Positions 10,042 through 19,676 are shown, counted from the stretch's first letter. The stretch: DNA of 51,114 nucleotides from an uncultured Clostridia bacterium (GCA_944386635.1 CALXBV010000067.1:1-51114), one strand, 5' to 3'. Notes: generated by a model from the sequence alone, not told the origin. Numbers and translations are program-made.

Positions 10042-10076
10042 AATTAATTATAAGATTTTATAATTAATTTTTTTTT
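10042..10076 (+). terminator. Intrinsic terminator
   Basis: AAATTAATTATAA-GATT-TTATAATTAATTT hairpin plus long T-run. Confidence 0.7.
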
Positions 10077-10091
10077 GCCTTTTTTGGGTGT

Positions 10092-10232
10092 AAAAAGACC
10101 ACTCCCGAAGGAGTGGCTGAAAAAAAATTATTAAAAAGGATTACTCCAAATGTATTGCTACATTGAAGTAAGCAGACCGGATTCGAACCGATTCACCGTG
10201 TAAAACGAGCTCTTCCTTTGAGCTTACTGCAC
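10092..10232 (-). ncRNA. tRNA-like RNA (degenerate tRNA with 3' GNRA hairpins and terminator)
   Basis: D-arm AGCTC-AAAGGAA-GAGCT, T-arm ATCGG-TTCGAAT-CCGGT, GCAG/CTGC acceptor remnant, shortened anticodon arm, no CCA. Confidence 0.65.
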
Positions 10233-10236
10233 TTAT

Positions 10237-10265
10237 ATTATAGCATGTATTTTTTTAGATTTCAA
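10237..10265 (-). promoter_or_regulatory. sigmaA promoter for the tRNA-like RNA
   Basis: TTGAAA (10265-10260), 17 bp, TGn-TATAAT (10242-10237). Confidence 0.8.
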
Positions 10266-10305
10266 GTCTATTGATTAATATGATATAATATTTTTGGTGT
10301 TTTTT

Positions 10306-11193
10306 ATGTATAAAAATTGCAGATTATGTCCACGTGATTGTGGAATAGATAGAACTAAAAATATAGGTGTGTGTGGTGCATCAGACAAAGTAAAGGTAGC
10401 ACTTGTATCAATACATAATTTTGAAGAGCCATGCATAAGTGGGAAAAATGGCTCTGGAACAGTATTTTTTTCAAATTGTAATTTAAGATGTGTGTATTGT
10501 CAAAATTTTAAAATATCTAGAAATGGATTTGGTAAAGAAATAAGTATCAAAAGGCTTGCTGAAATATTTTTAGAACAACAAAAAAGGGGTGTAAATAACA
10601 TTAATCTAGTCACACCAACTATGTATGTTGATAGTATAATTGAAGCTCTAAAAATGGCAAAATCAAAAGGACTTGTAATTCCAATAGTATATAATTCTAG
10701 TGGATATGAAAAAGTTGAAACTATTAAAAAGCTAGATGGATTAATTGATGTGTATTTGCCAGATTTTAAATATGCAACAAATAGATTGTCTAAAAAATAT
10801 TCTGGTGTAAATAACTATGTGGAGTCAGCTATAAGTTCAATATCTGAAATGATAAAACAAGTTGGAAAGCCTGTATTTAATGATGATGGTATTATTACTA
10901 AAGGAGTAATAATTCGTCATATGATATTACCAAATAATGTATTAAATAGTAAAATGGTATTAAAAAAAATAAAAGAAAAGTTTAGTGATAATGTATTAGT
11001 AAGTATTATGGCACAATATTTTCCTTCAGGAGATGCAAATAAATATCCTGAGATAAATAGGAAAATAACTAAAGATGAACTAAAAGAAATAGAAGAATAT
11101 TTAATAAAACTAAATATTACTAATGGATATATACAAGAGCTTGGAGAACATGAAGAGGAATATGTACCAAATTTTGATTTATCTAATACTTAG
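10306..11193 (+). CDS. Radical SAM protein (PflX-like)
   Basis: CRLCPRDC, HNFEEPCISG..GSGTVFFS, CNLRCVYC CxxxCxxC, YLPDFKY. Confidence 0.85.
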   Translation: MYKNCRLCPRDCGIDRTKNIGVCGASDKVKVALVSIHNFEEPCISGKNGSGTVFFSNCNLRCVYCQNFKISRNGFGKEISIKRLAEIFLEQQKRGVNNINLVTPTMYVDSIIEALKMAKSKGLVIPIVYNSSGYEKVETIKKLDGLIDVYLPDFKYATNRLSKKYSGVNNYVESAISSISEMIKQVGKPVFNDDGIITKGVIIRHMILPNNVLNSKMVLKKIKEKFSDNVLVSIMAQYFPSGDANKYPEINRKITKDELKEIEEYLIKLNITNGYIQELGEHEEEYVPNFDLSNT

Positions 11194-11240
11194 TATAAAT
11201 TTTAAGTCATCTCATATAGTGTATTATGAGGTGATGTATT

Positions 11241-12095
11241 TTGGTACTTTTTACAAAGATGCAAGGTTGTGGTAATGATTATGTATATATAAATAATGAC
11301 GTTGAAAATATAAAAGATATGTCCGGATTTACTAGATTTGTATCTAATAGAAATTTTGGCGTGGGTTCTGATGGATGTATATTTATTTCTAAATGTAATA
11401 ATGCAGATATTGAGTTTAGAATATTTAATCCAGATGGTAGTGAAGCTTCTATGTGTGGAAATGGTATAAGATGTGTTGCAAAATATGTGTATGAAAAAGA
11501 AATAGTAAAAAAAAGAAGAATGAAGATACAAACAAAATCTGGAATTAAAGATGTCGAAATTTATGTAGAAAATAATATAGTAAAAAATATAAAAGTAAAT
11601 ATGGGTGTACCAATTTTTGACACTAAAAAACTTGAGATAGATTATCCAAAAGATGTATTAATAAATGAAAGATTTTTAGTAGAAGATAAAGAGCTATATT
11701 TAACTTGCTTATCTGTTGGAAATATACATACAGTTGTATTTGTTGAAGATGTGGATAATATAGATATAGAAAAGTATGGAAGAGCAATAGAGAACATGGA
11801 TATATTTAAAGATAGAACAAATGTAGAATTTGTTCAAGTAATAGATAGAGAAAATATAAAAGTAAGAGTTTGGGAAAGAGGTGTAGGTGAGACATTAGCA
11901 TGTGGAACTGGTGCAACTGCTTCAGTAATAGCAGGATATTTAAATGGAGTTACAGAGAATATTTGTAATGTTAAATTAAAAGGAGGAATGTTAGAGATAG
12001 TATATAATGAATTAAATAATGAGTTAAATATGATAGGTACAGCAGAATTTGTATATGAGGGAAAATTATGTGGTGATTTTTTTAAATATTATTAG
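11241..12095 (+). CDS. dapF: Diaminopimelate epimerase
   Basis: FTKMQGCGNDY, MCGNGIRC and ERGVGETLACGTGA; preceded by sigmaE-like ATA-N15-CATATAGT (11195-11220). Confidence 0.95.
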   Translation: MVLFTKMQGCGNDYVYINNDVENIKDMSGFTRFVSNRNFGVGSDGCIFISKCNNADIEFRIFNPDGSEASMCGNGIRCVAKYVYEKEIVKKRRMKIQTKSGIKDVEIYVENNIVKNIKVNMGVPIFDTKKLEIDYPKDVLINERFLVEDKELYLTCLSVGNIHTVVFVEDVDNIDIEKYGRAIENMDIFKDRTNVEFVQVIDRENIKVRVWERGVGETLACGTGATASVIAGYLNGVTENICNVKLKGGMLEIVYNELNNELNMIGTAEFVYEGKLCGDFFKYY

Positions 12096-12173
12096 AGTAG
12101 ATTTTATCTGCTCTTTTTGTTGTGTTGAGAAAATATATAATATATTGTATAATAAAAATTGGAGAGTGATTAA

Positions 12174-12737
12174 ATGAGTTTTAAAGAAGATATAGAAAAA
12201 TATTCTCCTGTAAATGGGCAGGAAGAAAAGGACAAGCAGTTTATTTTAAAAGCAATAGATGATTTTGATGATGTTTTAACAAGAAATAATGAATATATGC
12301 ATTTTACATCATCAGCATTTATTGTAAATAAAAAAAGAGATAAAGTATTAATGATATACCATAATATATATAACTCCTGGGGATGGACAGGTGGACATGT
12401 TGATGGAGAAGATAATTTTTTATCTGTTGCAAAAAGAGAAGTAAAAGAAGAAACTGGATTAGATAACATTAAAGTGTTGAATGCTGGAAAAATTGTATCA
12501 TTAGATACATTACCAGTTTTAGGTCATTTTAAAAGAGGAAAGTATGTAAGTGCACATACGCATTTGTCTGTTGCATATTTATTTGAAGCTGATGAAAATG
12601 AAAAAATAAGGATAAAACCAGATGAAAATAGCAGGATTGGATGGCAGGATATAGATAAAGTAGTGGACTTATCTACTGAGCCACATATGAAAGTAGTGTA
12701 TTCTAAAATAATAGACAAAGTAAGTCAAATAAAATAA
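12174..12737 (+). CDS. NUDIX hydrolase
   Basis: Nudix box GGHVDGEDNFLSVAKREVKEETGL. Confidence 0.9.
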   Translation: MSFKEDIEKYSPVNGQEEKDKQFILKAIDDFDDVLTRNNEYMHFTSSAFIVNKKRDKVLMIYHNIYNSWGWTGGHVDGEDNFLSVAKREVKEETGLDNIKVLNAGKIVSLDTLPVLGHFKRGKYVSAHTHLSVAYLFEADENEKIRIKPDENSRIGWQDIDKVVDLSTEPHMKVVYSKIIDKVSQIK

Positions 12738-12807
12738 AAAGAGTTGTTTTTTAAATAAAAAGATTATATAATAGTTATATTAATAATTATTAATTTGGAG
12801 GGAGCAT

Positions 12808-13395
12808 ATGGAAATAAGAGAAATCTTTGATACGATTGAAAGTGACCCTAACATGGATAAAGATCTTCAAAAAGATATATTAGAGAAGATAAATAATATT
12901 GCTAAGGCTGATCAGTTAGTAGATGGCTTAGAGGAGAAAATAGAAGAACATAAAGATGAATTAACTGAAAAAGAACTTAAATACATAATTAATAAATGTA
13001 TTTCATATAAAAGTGTATTTTATAGGTTTAGAAATGGCGGAATTGTAGATTATGATCAGTTAAATGAGATAACTAATAGAATTTTTGAACTTGAAGATAG
13101 TATTAGAAAAAATGATTTCCATGTGTGGAAGGAAGAGCTACTTGCATATAAAGGTTCTAAACAAGATAAAGAAGAAGATAAGATGCTTAAAAATATGCTT
13201 ATGGTAGTTCCAGAAGAAACTAATGTTGTAGAAAAAATAACACGTATGTTTAAAAGAGCCCTATGGAAAATGCAGCAAAAATCTAGACAAAATGTGGCAA
13301 CAGATGAAGTAATAGAGTTACCACAAAATAGTTCAAATATAGATATAGAATTACATTATGATGAGGAAAAAAATGAAGTTAAACAGGAGCAGTAG
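12808..13395 (+). CDS. Hypothetical protein (helical, charged)
   Basis: GGAGG RBS, own promoter, 195-aa ORF, no recognised motif. Confidence 0.7.
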   Translation: MEIREIFDTIESDPNMDKDLQKDILEKINNIAKADQLVDGLEEKIEEHKDELTEKELKYIINKCISYKSVFYRFRNGGIVDYDQLNEITNRIFELEDSIRKNDFHVWKEELLAYKGSKQDKEEDKMLKNMLMVVPEETNVVEKITRMFKRALWKMQQKSRQNVATDEVIELPQNSSNIDIELHYDEEKNEVKQEQ

Positions 13396-13535
13396 CTTCT
13401 GTTCTTTTTTATATATTTGACATATTATGTAAATAATGATATAATAATTATGCATTTTATAGAGAATGTTCGGAATAACTATACTGGATGAAATAGTATT
13501 CTTTGTATTATGTATATTTTTTATAAGGAGGATAA

Positions 13536-13889
13536 ATGATGAAAAAATTATTTATGTTAAAAAGGGAAAAAAACAAATTTGCATCACAATATGTGCTAAA
13601 AGGTGAGGATTGTTTTTCTTATGACGATGAATATCCACTAATAGTAAACAATCAAATAAAAATCAAAAAAATATATGTAATAAAAGATGGAGAAGAAGAA
13701 AAAGAGATGACATCATTTAAGAGTCTTATGCCAAGAATGGTAAGAATTGAATTTGTGGAAAATGATGAATCAATGAAAAATCAGCCATTTATTATGGACT
13801 TATATACAAATTTAAATTTAGAAGAATTAGAAAAAAGATTAAAAAGATGTAAAACAGAAAGAGATATAGAAGACATAGAAAAAGAATAA
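13536..13889 (+). CDS. Hypothetical protein
   Basis: AAGGAGG RBS, TTGACA/TATAAT promoter, downstream hairpin. Confidence 0.7.
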   Translation: MMKKLFMLKREKNKFASQYVLKGEDCFSYDDEYPLIVNNQIKIKKIYVIKDGEEEKEMTSFKSLMPRMVRIEFVENDESMKNQPFIMDLYTNLNLEELEKRLKRCKTERDIEDIEKE

Positions 13890-14120
13890 TTAAAACTAGT
13901 AATCCGAGTGAATAACTCGGATTTAATTTTACATAATTTGAAAACGATGCTAAAATATGGTATAATATAATTGTATATTATATATATAAAAAGCTTAAAG
14001 CTTTGGTTAATGCTAAGAAGATTTTTGAAGCATATGATGCTACATTTATCTCCTAGATTTTCTGAAGGTTGTTTATTATATATAAATTTAAAAATATACA
14101 AAAGAAATGGAGGAAAACAT

Positions 14121-14357
14121 ATGAAGACATTTAATAAGGAAAACTTGGTATACTTTTTACAAAAGGAGGAAAACTGGGGATATAGCAAATTCAGAAAGTG
14201 TGTGCAAAGAGCATACATGGATGAGTCAATTGAAAAATACATTATTGGAGACGATGTTGTATTTTGTCAAGGAGCTAATAGAAAGGCAGTAGTTCCTAAA
14301 GATATAGTAGTGGATATCTTGGGAATAAGATTAGATCTTCTAGTATATGTAGCATAA
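14121..14357 (+). CDS. Hypothetical protein (78 aa; start revised from 13971)
   Basis: GGAGG at 14109-14113 before ATG 14121; terminator downstream. Confidence 0.65.
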   Translation: MKTFNKENLVYFLQKEENWGYSKFRKCVQRAYMDESIEKYIIGDDVVFCQGANRKAVVPKDIVVDILGIRLDLLVYVA

Positions 14358-14537
14358 AAAAATTATATCAAGTAGTTAATTCTACTTGATTTTTTTTTAT
14401 TACTATTATAACAGCAAAATCTGTATATTTTCTGAATGTTAATTGACATAATATTAAAAATGTAGTATAATATTTATGTAAAATTCAATATATAAAATCC
14501 ACATTTTTAATAAAATTAATTAAAGGAGGTATGTGTT

Positions 14538-14930
14538 ATGTGTAATAACGTAGCAGCAAATATTTTAAAAGGAGATGAAAGGGAAAGTAGAGTTAAGGAT
14601 CAAATTGATGATTGGATTGAGAATAGGCCTACTTTAAAAAAGAATGTATATGCAAAAGAATTACGAAAAATTGAAAATGGTGATATTATATATTCTAAAG
14701 GACATCCATTAAAACTTCATGATAAGACAAGAGTATATGAAATACATATTGAAAATAGAGACAGAATATTCGAAACTGTATGTATTGTATATGCTTTTTC
14801 TGATGGCTCAAAAAAAGAAGTTAGACGTATAAAAAGATATGCAAAAGATACAGTAGAAGATATTGAGAGATTTCTTGAAAATTCATTTTCTATATATCAA
14901 TTATATAATATTGATTTAAATAGGCTTTAA
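14538..14930 (+). CDS. Hypothetical protein
   Basis: AAGGAGGT RBS, TTGACA/TATAAT promoter, terminator AAAACAGG..CCTGTTTT. Confidence 0.7.
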   Translation: MCNNVAANILKGDERESRVKDQIDDWIENRPTLKKNVYAKELRKIENGDIIYSKGHPLKLHDKTRVYEIHIENRDRIFETVCIVYAFSDGSKKEVRRIKRYAKDTVEDIERFLENSFSIYQLYNIDLNRL

Positions 14931-15025
14931 AATAATATGTATAAAACAGGATTAATTTCCTGTTTTTTCTTTTTGCTTTTATATGGTATAATATATCTAT
15001 TGTTATATAAGAGAAAGGTAAAGAA

Positions 15026-15859
15026 ATGGAAAGATATCAAGAAATAGAGAATAGCATTATTACTAAATACAGAAAAAGTATATATAAAAATTTTAGAGAA
15101 GCTGTTGATAGATATAAATTAATTGAAAATGAAGATAAAATATGTGTATGTATCTCGGGTGGTAAAGATTCGATGTTGCTTGCTAAGTGCATGCAAGAGT
15201 ATCAAAAGCATGGAGATAAGAAATTTGAACTTGAGTTTGTTGCTATGGATCCTGGGTATAGTATAAAAAATAGAGAGAAAATAGAGGAAAATGCTAAAAT
15301 ATTAAATATACCATTAAAAATAATAAATAAAAATATTTTTGAAGTCTTAAATAAGCAGACATGGGGATCTGCATGTTTTTTGTGTGCAAAAATGAGAAGA
15401 GGTTGTTTATATAATATTGCAGAGAGTCTACATTGTAATAAGATAGCACTAGGACATCATTATGATGATGTATTGGAGACAATGTTACTTAACATTTTTT
15501 ATGCGGGTGAAGTCAAAACAATGATGCCTAAAATTCATAGTGATAATTTTAATCTTGAATTAATAAGACCATTATATTTAGTAAAAGAACCAGATATTAT
15601 TTCATGGAAAGAGTATAATAAGCTAGAATTTTTAGATTGCGCATGTAAAGTAACAGAAAGTATAAAGCAACATGATGAAAAAGTATCAAAGAGAAAAGCC
15701 ATGAAAAATTTAATAGCAAAATTTAGAAAAGAAAGTGAATATATAGATAAAAGTATTTTTCATAGTATGTCTAATGTAAATCTTAATTCTATGCTTGGAT
15801 GGAAAAAAGATGGAAAAGAATATAATTTTATGGACGAATATGATGATAAAAGTAATTGA
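15026..15859 (+). CDS. TtcA-family tRNA thiolation PP-loop ATPase
   Basis: SGGKDS PP-loop, CFLC..MRRG, GHHYDD, LIRPL. Confidence 0.9.
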   Translation: MERYQEIENSIITKYRKSIYKNFREAVDRYKLIENEDKICVCISGGKDSMLLAKCMQEYQKHGDKKFELEFVAMDPGYSIKNREKIEENAKILNIPLKIINKNIFEVLNKQTWGSACFLCAKMRRGCLYNIAESLHCNKIALGHHYDDVLETMLLNIFYAGEVKTMMPKIHSDNFNLELIRPLYLVKEPDIISWKEYNKLEFLDCACKVTESIKQHDEKVSKRKAMKNLIAKFRKESEYIDKSIFHSMSNVNLNSMLGWKKDGKEYNFMDEYDDKSN

Positions 15860-15971
15860 TAGTAATAAATTGTACTTTTTTTTATATTTATATAAAAAAG
15901 TAATGTAAAAACTTGTAAAAATAATATATTTATGATATAATAATTTCCTTTTTGATGGGAGGCAACAGAGG

Positions 15972-16835
15972 GTGAAATTAGAGATAATAACTAGTCCTAT
16001 AGGAGCTGAACTTACTAGTATAAAATTTAATTCTAAAGAGATGTTGCATCAGGGTAGTAGCGTACTAGATAAAGAAGGAAAAGTATACTGGAAAAGACAT
16101 GCTCCAATATTGTTTCCAATTGTTGGCAGCCTTAAGAATAATATTACTTATATTGATGGAAAAAAGTATGAAATGTCACAACATGGGTTTGCGCGCGACA
16201 TGGTGTTTGACATTGTAAAAATATCAGAAAGGGAACACATATATGTTTTAAAATATAATGAAGATACTTTAAAAATGTATCCATATAAATTTGAACTTTA
16301 TATTAGTTATTTAATAGATGATAATAAACTTATAATAACATATAAAGTAAAGAATGTAGATGTAAGACCTATATTTTTTGGAATTGGCGGTCATCCGGCA
16401 TTTATTATTGATTTAAAAAATAATAAATATAAGGTTGAATTTGAAAACGAAGAAAATAATATAAAGTTTTATCAATTAGATGCAGGTCTTATATCATATA
16501 AAAATACTTATATTAACGATAGTTTGCTATCTAATAAAAAATGTATTGAAATAAGAAAAGATACATTTTCGCATGATGCGATCATAATGAGTGGGTTGAG
16601 TTCAAGGAAATTAAGATTATATGAAAATAATATAGAAAAACTAGAATTTGACTTTAGTGGCTTTAAGTATTTGTCTTTATGGTCTAAAAAAAATGCTCCA
16701 TTTTTATGCATAGAACCGTGGCAGACAACTGCAGATTATACGGATTCTAATCAAAATTTTATTGACAAAAAAGATAATATAAAACTAGATGTGGGAAAAG
16801 ACTTTGAATGCAGTTATTCTATAATATTTAAGTGA
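15972..16835 (+). CDS. Aldose 1-epimerase family protein (LacX-like)
   Basis: APILFPIVG, QHGFAR, GGHPAF, FLCIEPW. Confidence 0.9.
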   Translation: MKLEIITSPIGAELTSIKFNSKEMLHQGSSVLDKEGKVYWKRHAPILFPIVGSLKNNITYIDGKKYEMSQHGFARDMVFDIVKISEREHIYVLKYNEDTLKMYPYKFELYISYLIDDNKLIITYKVKNVDVRPIFFGIGGHPAFIIDLKNNKYKVEFENEENNIKFYQLDAGLISYKNTYINDSLLSNKKCIEIRKDTFSHDAIIMSGLSSRKLRLYENNIEKLEFDFSGFKYLSLWSKKNAPFLCIEPWQTTADYTDSNQNFIDKKDNIKLDVGKDFECSYSIIFK

Positions 16836-17101
16836 GAAAATAGGTCTTTATTATTAAAATAAAGATCTATTTTAAGATGTATTTATATATAATAATCTTA
16901 ATTTAAATATAATTTTTTATGAGATTATTATATAAAGAAAGTATTGTCATTAAATTATTATATATTAATAAAATTAAAGTAATTAATTAAGTATAATATA
17001 TAAAAAATAGGTACTATACTGAGTATAGCACCTATTTTTTATATAAACGAGGGTTGTTTATAACTTAATTGATGAAAAAAGCCACATCTAGTGGCTCTTT
17101 T

Positions 17102-17527
17102 CTATTCAATAGGGATATATTTCTTTTCTTCAATTTCTTCTTTTTTCTCTTTTGGAAATTCAAGAGTTAAAATACCATTTTTAAATGATGCTTTAACGTC
17201 TGAATCTTTTACATTATCTCCTACATAGAAACTTCTAGAACATTGTCCAGAATATCTTTCTTTACGAATATATCTTCCTTCTTCTTTATCTTCTTCTGAA
17301 TTTGATTTTTCAGCAGTTACAGTTAAGTAACCATTGTTAATTTCAATCTTGATATCATCTTTGTCATATCCAGGTAAATCTACGTCTACAACGTATTTAT
17401 CCTTTTTCTCTTTAATATCTGTCTTCATAAGTCTTGTATCGACTCTTGTAAAGAATGGATCATCAAAGATCTCATCAAATAAATCAAAATCATTTCTTTT
17501 TCTAGGTACCATCATCATAAAAATCAC
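17102..17527 (-). CDS. Hsp20/alpha-crystallin small heat-shock protein
   Basis: MKTDIKE, DLPG, RKERYSG..SRSF, ASFKNGILTL. Confidence 0.93.
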   Translation of the reverse strand: MIFMMMVPRKRNDFDLFDEIFDDPFFTRVDTRLMKTDIKEKKDKYVVDVDLPGYDKDDIKIEINNGYLTVTAEKSNSEEDKEEGRYIRKERYSGQCSRSFYVGDNVKDSDVKASFKNGILTLEFPKEKKEEIEEKKYIPIE

Positions 17528-17608
17528 TCCTTTTTAAATTATGTGTTGATAACCTAAGCACATTAGTAAGTATCTTTTCTCACTTACACTTATATTATAT
17601 CACTAATT

Positions 17609-17635
17609 TTGGCACTGTCAATAGTTGAGTGCTAA
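17609..17635 (-). promoter_or_regulatory. CIRCE (HrcA operator) overlapping the hsp20 -35 box
   Basis: TTGGCACTG-N9-GAGTGCTAA vs consensus TTAGCACTC-N9-GAGTGCTAA; minus-strand TTGACA 17621-17616 and TATAAT 17599-17594. Confidence 0.85.
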
Positions 17636-17709
17636 AAAACACAAAATTTTCACAATTTTTTTATGTGCTTCTAATAGATATTATATCTATAATATAAGAA
17701 AATATACAT

Positions 17710-18870
17710 CTATTTAAGATAATTTAATAGTTCTTCTACTTTATCTGTTTTTTCAAATGAAGGATTAAGTTCTTCTCTACCAAAATGTCCGTAATGTGAT
17801 AGTTCTTTATACATTGGTGTCTGAAGATTTAATGTATTTATTATACCTTGTGGTGTAAAGTCAAATGTATTATTAATTGCATTTAGTATTAGATCTTCAC
17901 TTACTGTACTAGTATTAAATGTATTAAGATATATAGATACAGGCTTTGATACACCAATAGCATAAGATAATTGAATTTCACACTTTTTAGCAAGTTTTGC
18001 TTTTACTATATTTTTAGCAACATATCTTGCCATGTATGCAGCACTTCTATCTACTTTTGTAGGATCTTTTCCACTAAAAGCACCACCTCCATGTCTTGCA
18101 TATCCACCATATGTGTCTACAATTATTTTTCTTCCCGTAAGACCACTATCACTTTCAGGTCCACCTATCACAAATCTTCCAGTAGGATTGATAAATATTT
18201 TAGTATTTTTATCTAGTAGATTTTTAGGTATAACAGGAATGATTATCTTGTTATATACGTCTTCTCTTAATGTATTTATATCTATACTATCTTTGTGTTG
18301 AGTAGAAACAACTATAGTATCAATTCTTTTTGGTATATCATTTTCATATTCTACGGTAACTTGTGTTTTTCCGTCTGGCATTAGATAATTTAATATATTA
18401 TTTTTTCTTACAAATTCAAGTCTTTTTGCAAGTTTATGGGCAAGAGAGATTGCAAGTGGCATTAGTTCTTCAGTTTCATCACAAGCAAATCCAAACATAA
18501 TTCCTTGATCTCCAGCACCAAGTGTGTCATTATTGTCTAATGATGAGTTTACTCCTATAGCAATATCATTAGATTGTTCTTGTATTCCTATTATTACTTT
18601 ACAATTATCTACGTCGAAACCACTTCCTTTAGTTGAATATCCAATTTCTCTTAATGCATCTTTTGCTATTTGCTCATAATTTAGTATTGCTTTTGTTGTT
18701 ATTTCACCAAATATAAATAATGTATCTTTTGAGATAGATACTTCACATGCCACTCTAGAATTTTTATCTTGTTCAAGTGCAGCATCTAAAATTGAATCTG
18801 AAATGTAGTCACAAACTTTATCTGGATGACCACTTGTAACTGATTCAGATGTAAATAAATATTTAGACAT
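17710..18870 (-). CDS. metK: S-adenosylmethionine synthetase
   Basis: [35 protein letters not shown]. Confidence 0.98.
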   Translation of the reverse strand: MSKYLFTSESVTSGHPDKVCDYISDSILDAALEQDKNSRVACEVSISKDTLFIFGEITTKAILNYEQIAKDALREIGYSTKGSGFDVDNCKVIIGIQEQSNDIAIGVNSSLDNNDTLGAGDQGIMFGFACDETEELMPLAISLAHKLAKRLEFVRKNNILNYLMPDGKTQVTVEYENDIPKRIDTIVVSTQHKDSIDINTLREDVYNKIIIPVIPKNLLDKNTKIFINPTGRFVIGGPESDSGLTGRKIIVDTYGGYARHGGGAFSGKDPTKVDRSAAYMARYVAKNIVKAKLAKKCEIQLSYAIGVSKPVSIYLNTFNTSTVSEDLILNAINNTFDFTPQGIINTLNLQTPMYKELSHYGHFGREELNPSFEKTDKVEELLNYLK

Positions 18871-18910
18871 AATAAAATCCTCCTTATATTATAATTATTA
18901 TGATTTATAT

Positions 18911-18939
18911 AAAAAAAGACTAGCAACGGCATGCTAGTC
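18911..18939 (-). terminator. Riboswitch-controlled terminator
   Basis: GACTAGCA...TGCTAGTC hairpin followed by T-run on the minus strand. Confidence 0.8.
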
Positions 18940-18946
18940 AAAAAAA

Positions 18947-19037
18947 CTTATCTTTCGGCTATACCGCAGGAATTAGCACCTTGCTAATGCAGGTTGCTGG
19001 ACTTCATAGGGCCTGTCCCTCAGTCTCTCTTGATAAG
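18947..19037 (-). ncRNA. SAM-I (S-box) riboswitch
   Basis: CTTATCAAGAGAGACTGAGGGACAGGCCC...CAGCAACC...GGTGCTAATTCC...GAAAGATAAG upstream of metK. Confidence 0.95.
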
Positions 19038-19148
19038 ATATATAATTTGCAGACTAATTCTAACATAATATTTAACATAAGTCAATATATCTTGAAAAAA
19101 TATGACAAATAATGTATAATCATACGTGTTAAAAAAGAGGTAAATATT

Positions 19149-19667
19149 ATGTTTGATGATAATTTTGTAATAGTGGATCTAGAAACTACAGGCCTTAGTC
19201 CACAAAATGGTGAAATAATAGAAATTGGTGCAATAAAAGTAAAAAATAATAAAGTTGTGGATAAAATGGATGTATTTGTAAGACCATCAAGACCACTTTC
19301 ATATTTTACAACAAAACTTACTGGAATAACTAATGAAATGGTAGACGAGGGACTTTCTTTAAAAGAAGCTTTAAAAGTATTTATTGAATTTACTGATGGA
19401 ATGAGGCTTATGGCACATAATGCTAAATTTGATATGGGATTTTTAGATACGTATATGAAAAAAGTTTTGGGTGTTGGACTACCAGATAATGCTTTAGATA
19501 CTTTAGTATTATCTAGAAAATTAGTAAAAGATATTCCAAATCATAAATTAGGTACACTTGCAAACTATTTTAATATAGATTATAGTGGTGCTCATAGATC
19601 ACTTAGGGATTGTGAGATAACTCTTGGTGTATATAATGAAATGAGAAAAATATATGAGGAAAAATAG
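19149..19667 (+). CDS. DEDDh 3'-5' exonuclease (DnaQ/PolC epsilon-like)
   Basis: DLETTG, AHNAKFD, HRSLRD. Confidence 0.9.
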   Translation: MFDDNFVIVDLETTGLSPQNGEIIEIGAIKVKNNKVVDKMDVFVRPSRPLSYFTTKLTGITNEMVDEGLSLKEALKVFIEFTDGMRLMAHNAKFDMGFLDTYMKKVLGVGLPDNALDTLVLSRKLVKDIPNHKLGTLANYFNIDYSGAHRSLRDCEITLGVYNEMRKIYEEK

Positions 19668-19676
19668 GTGTAAAGT

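Noticed and set aside
13971-14120. N-terminal extension of the 128-aa ORF
   Set aside because: Begins at the predicted TSS with no RBS; a strong RBS precedes ATG 14121.
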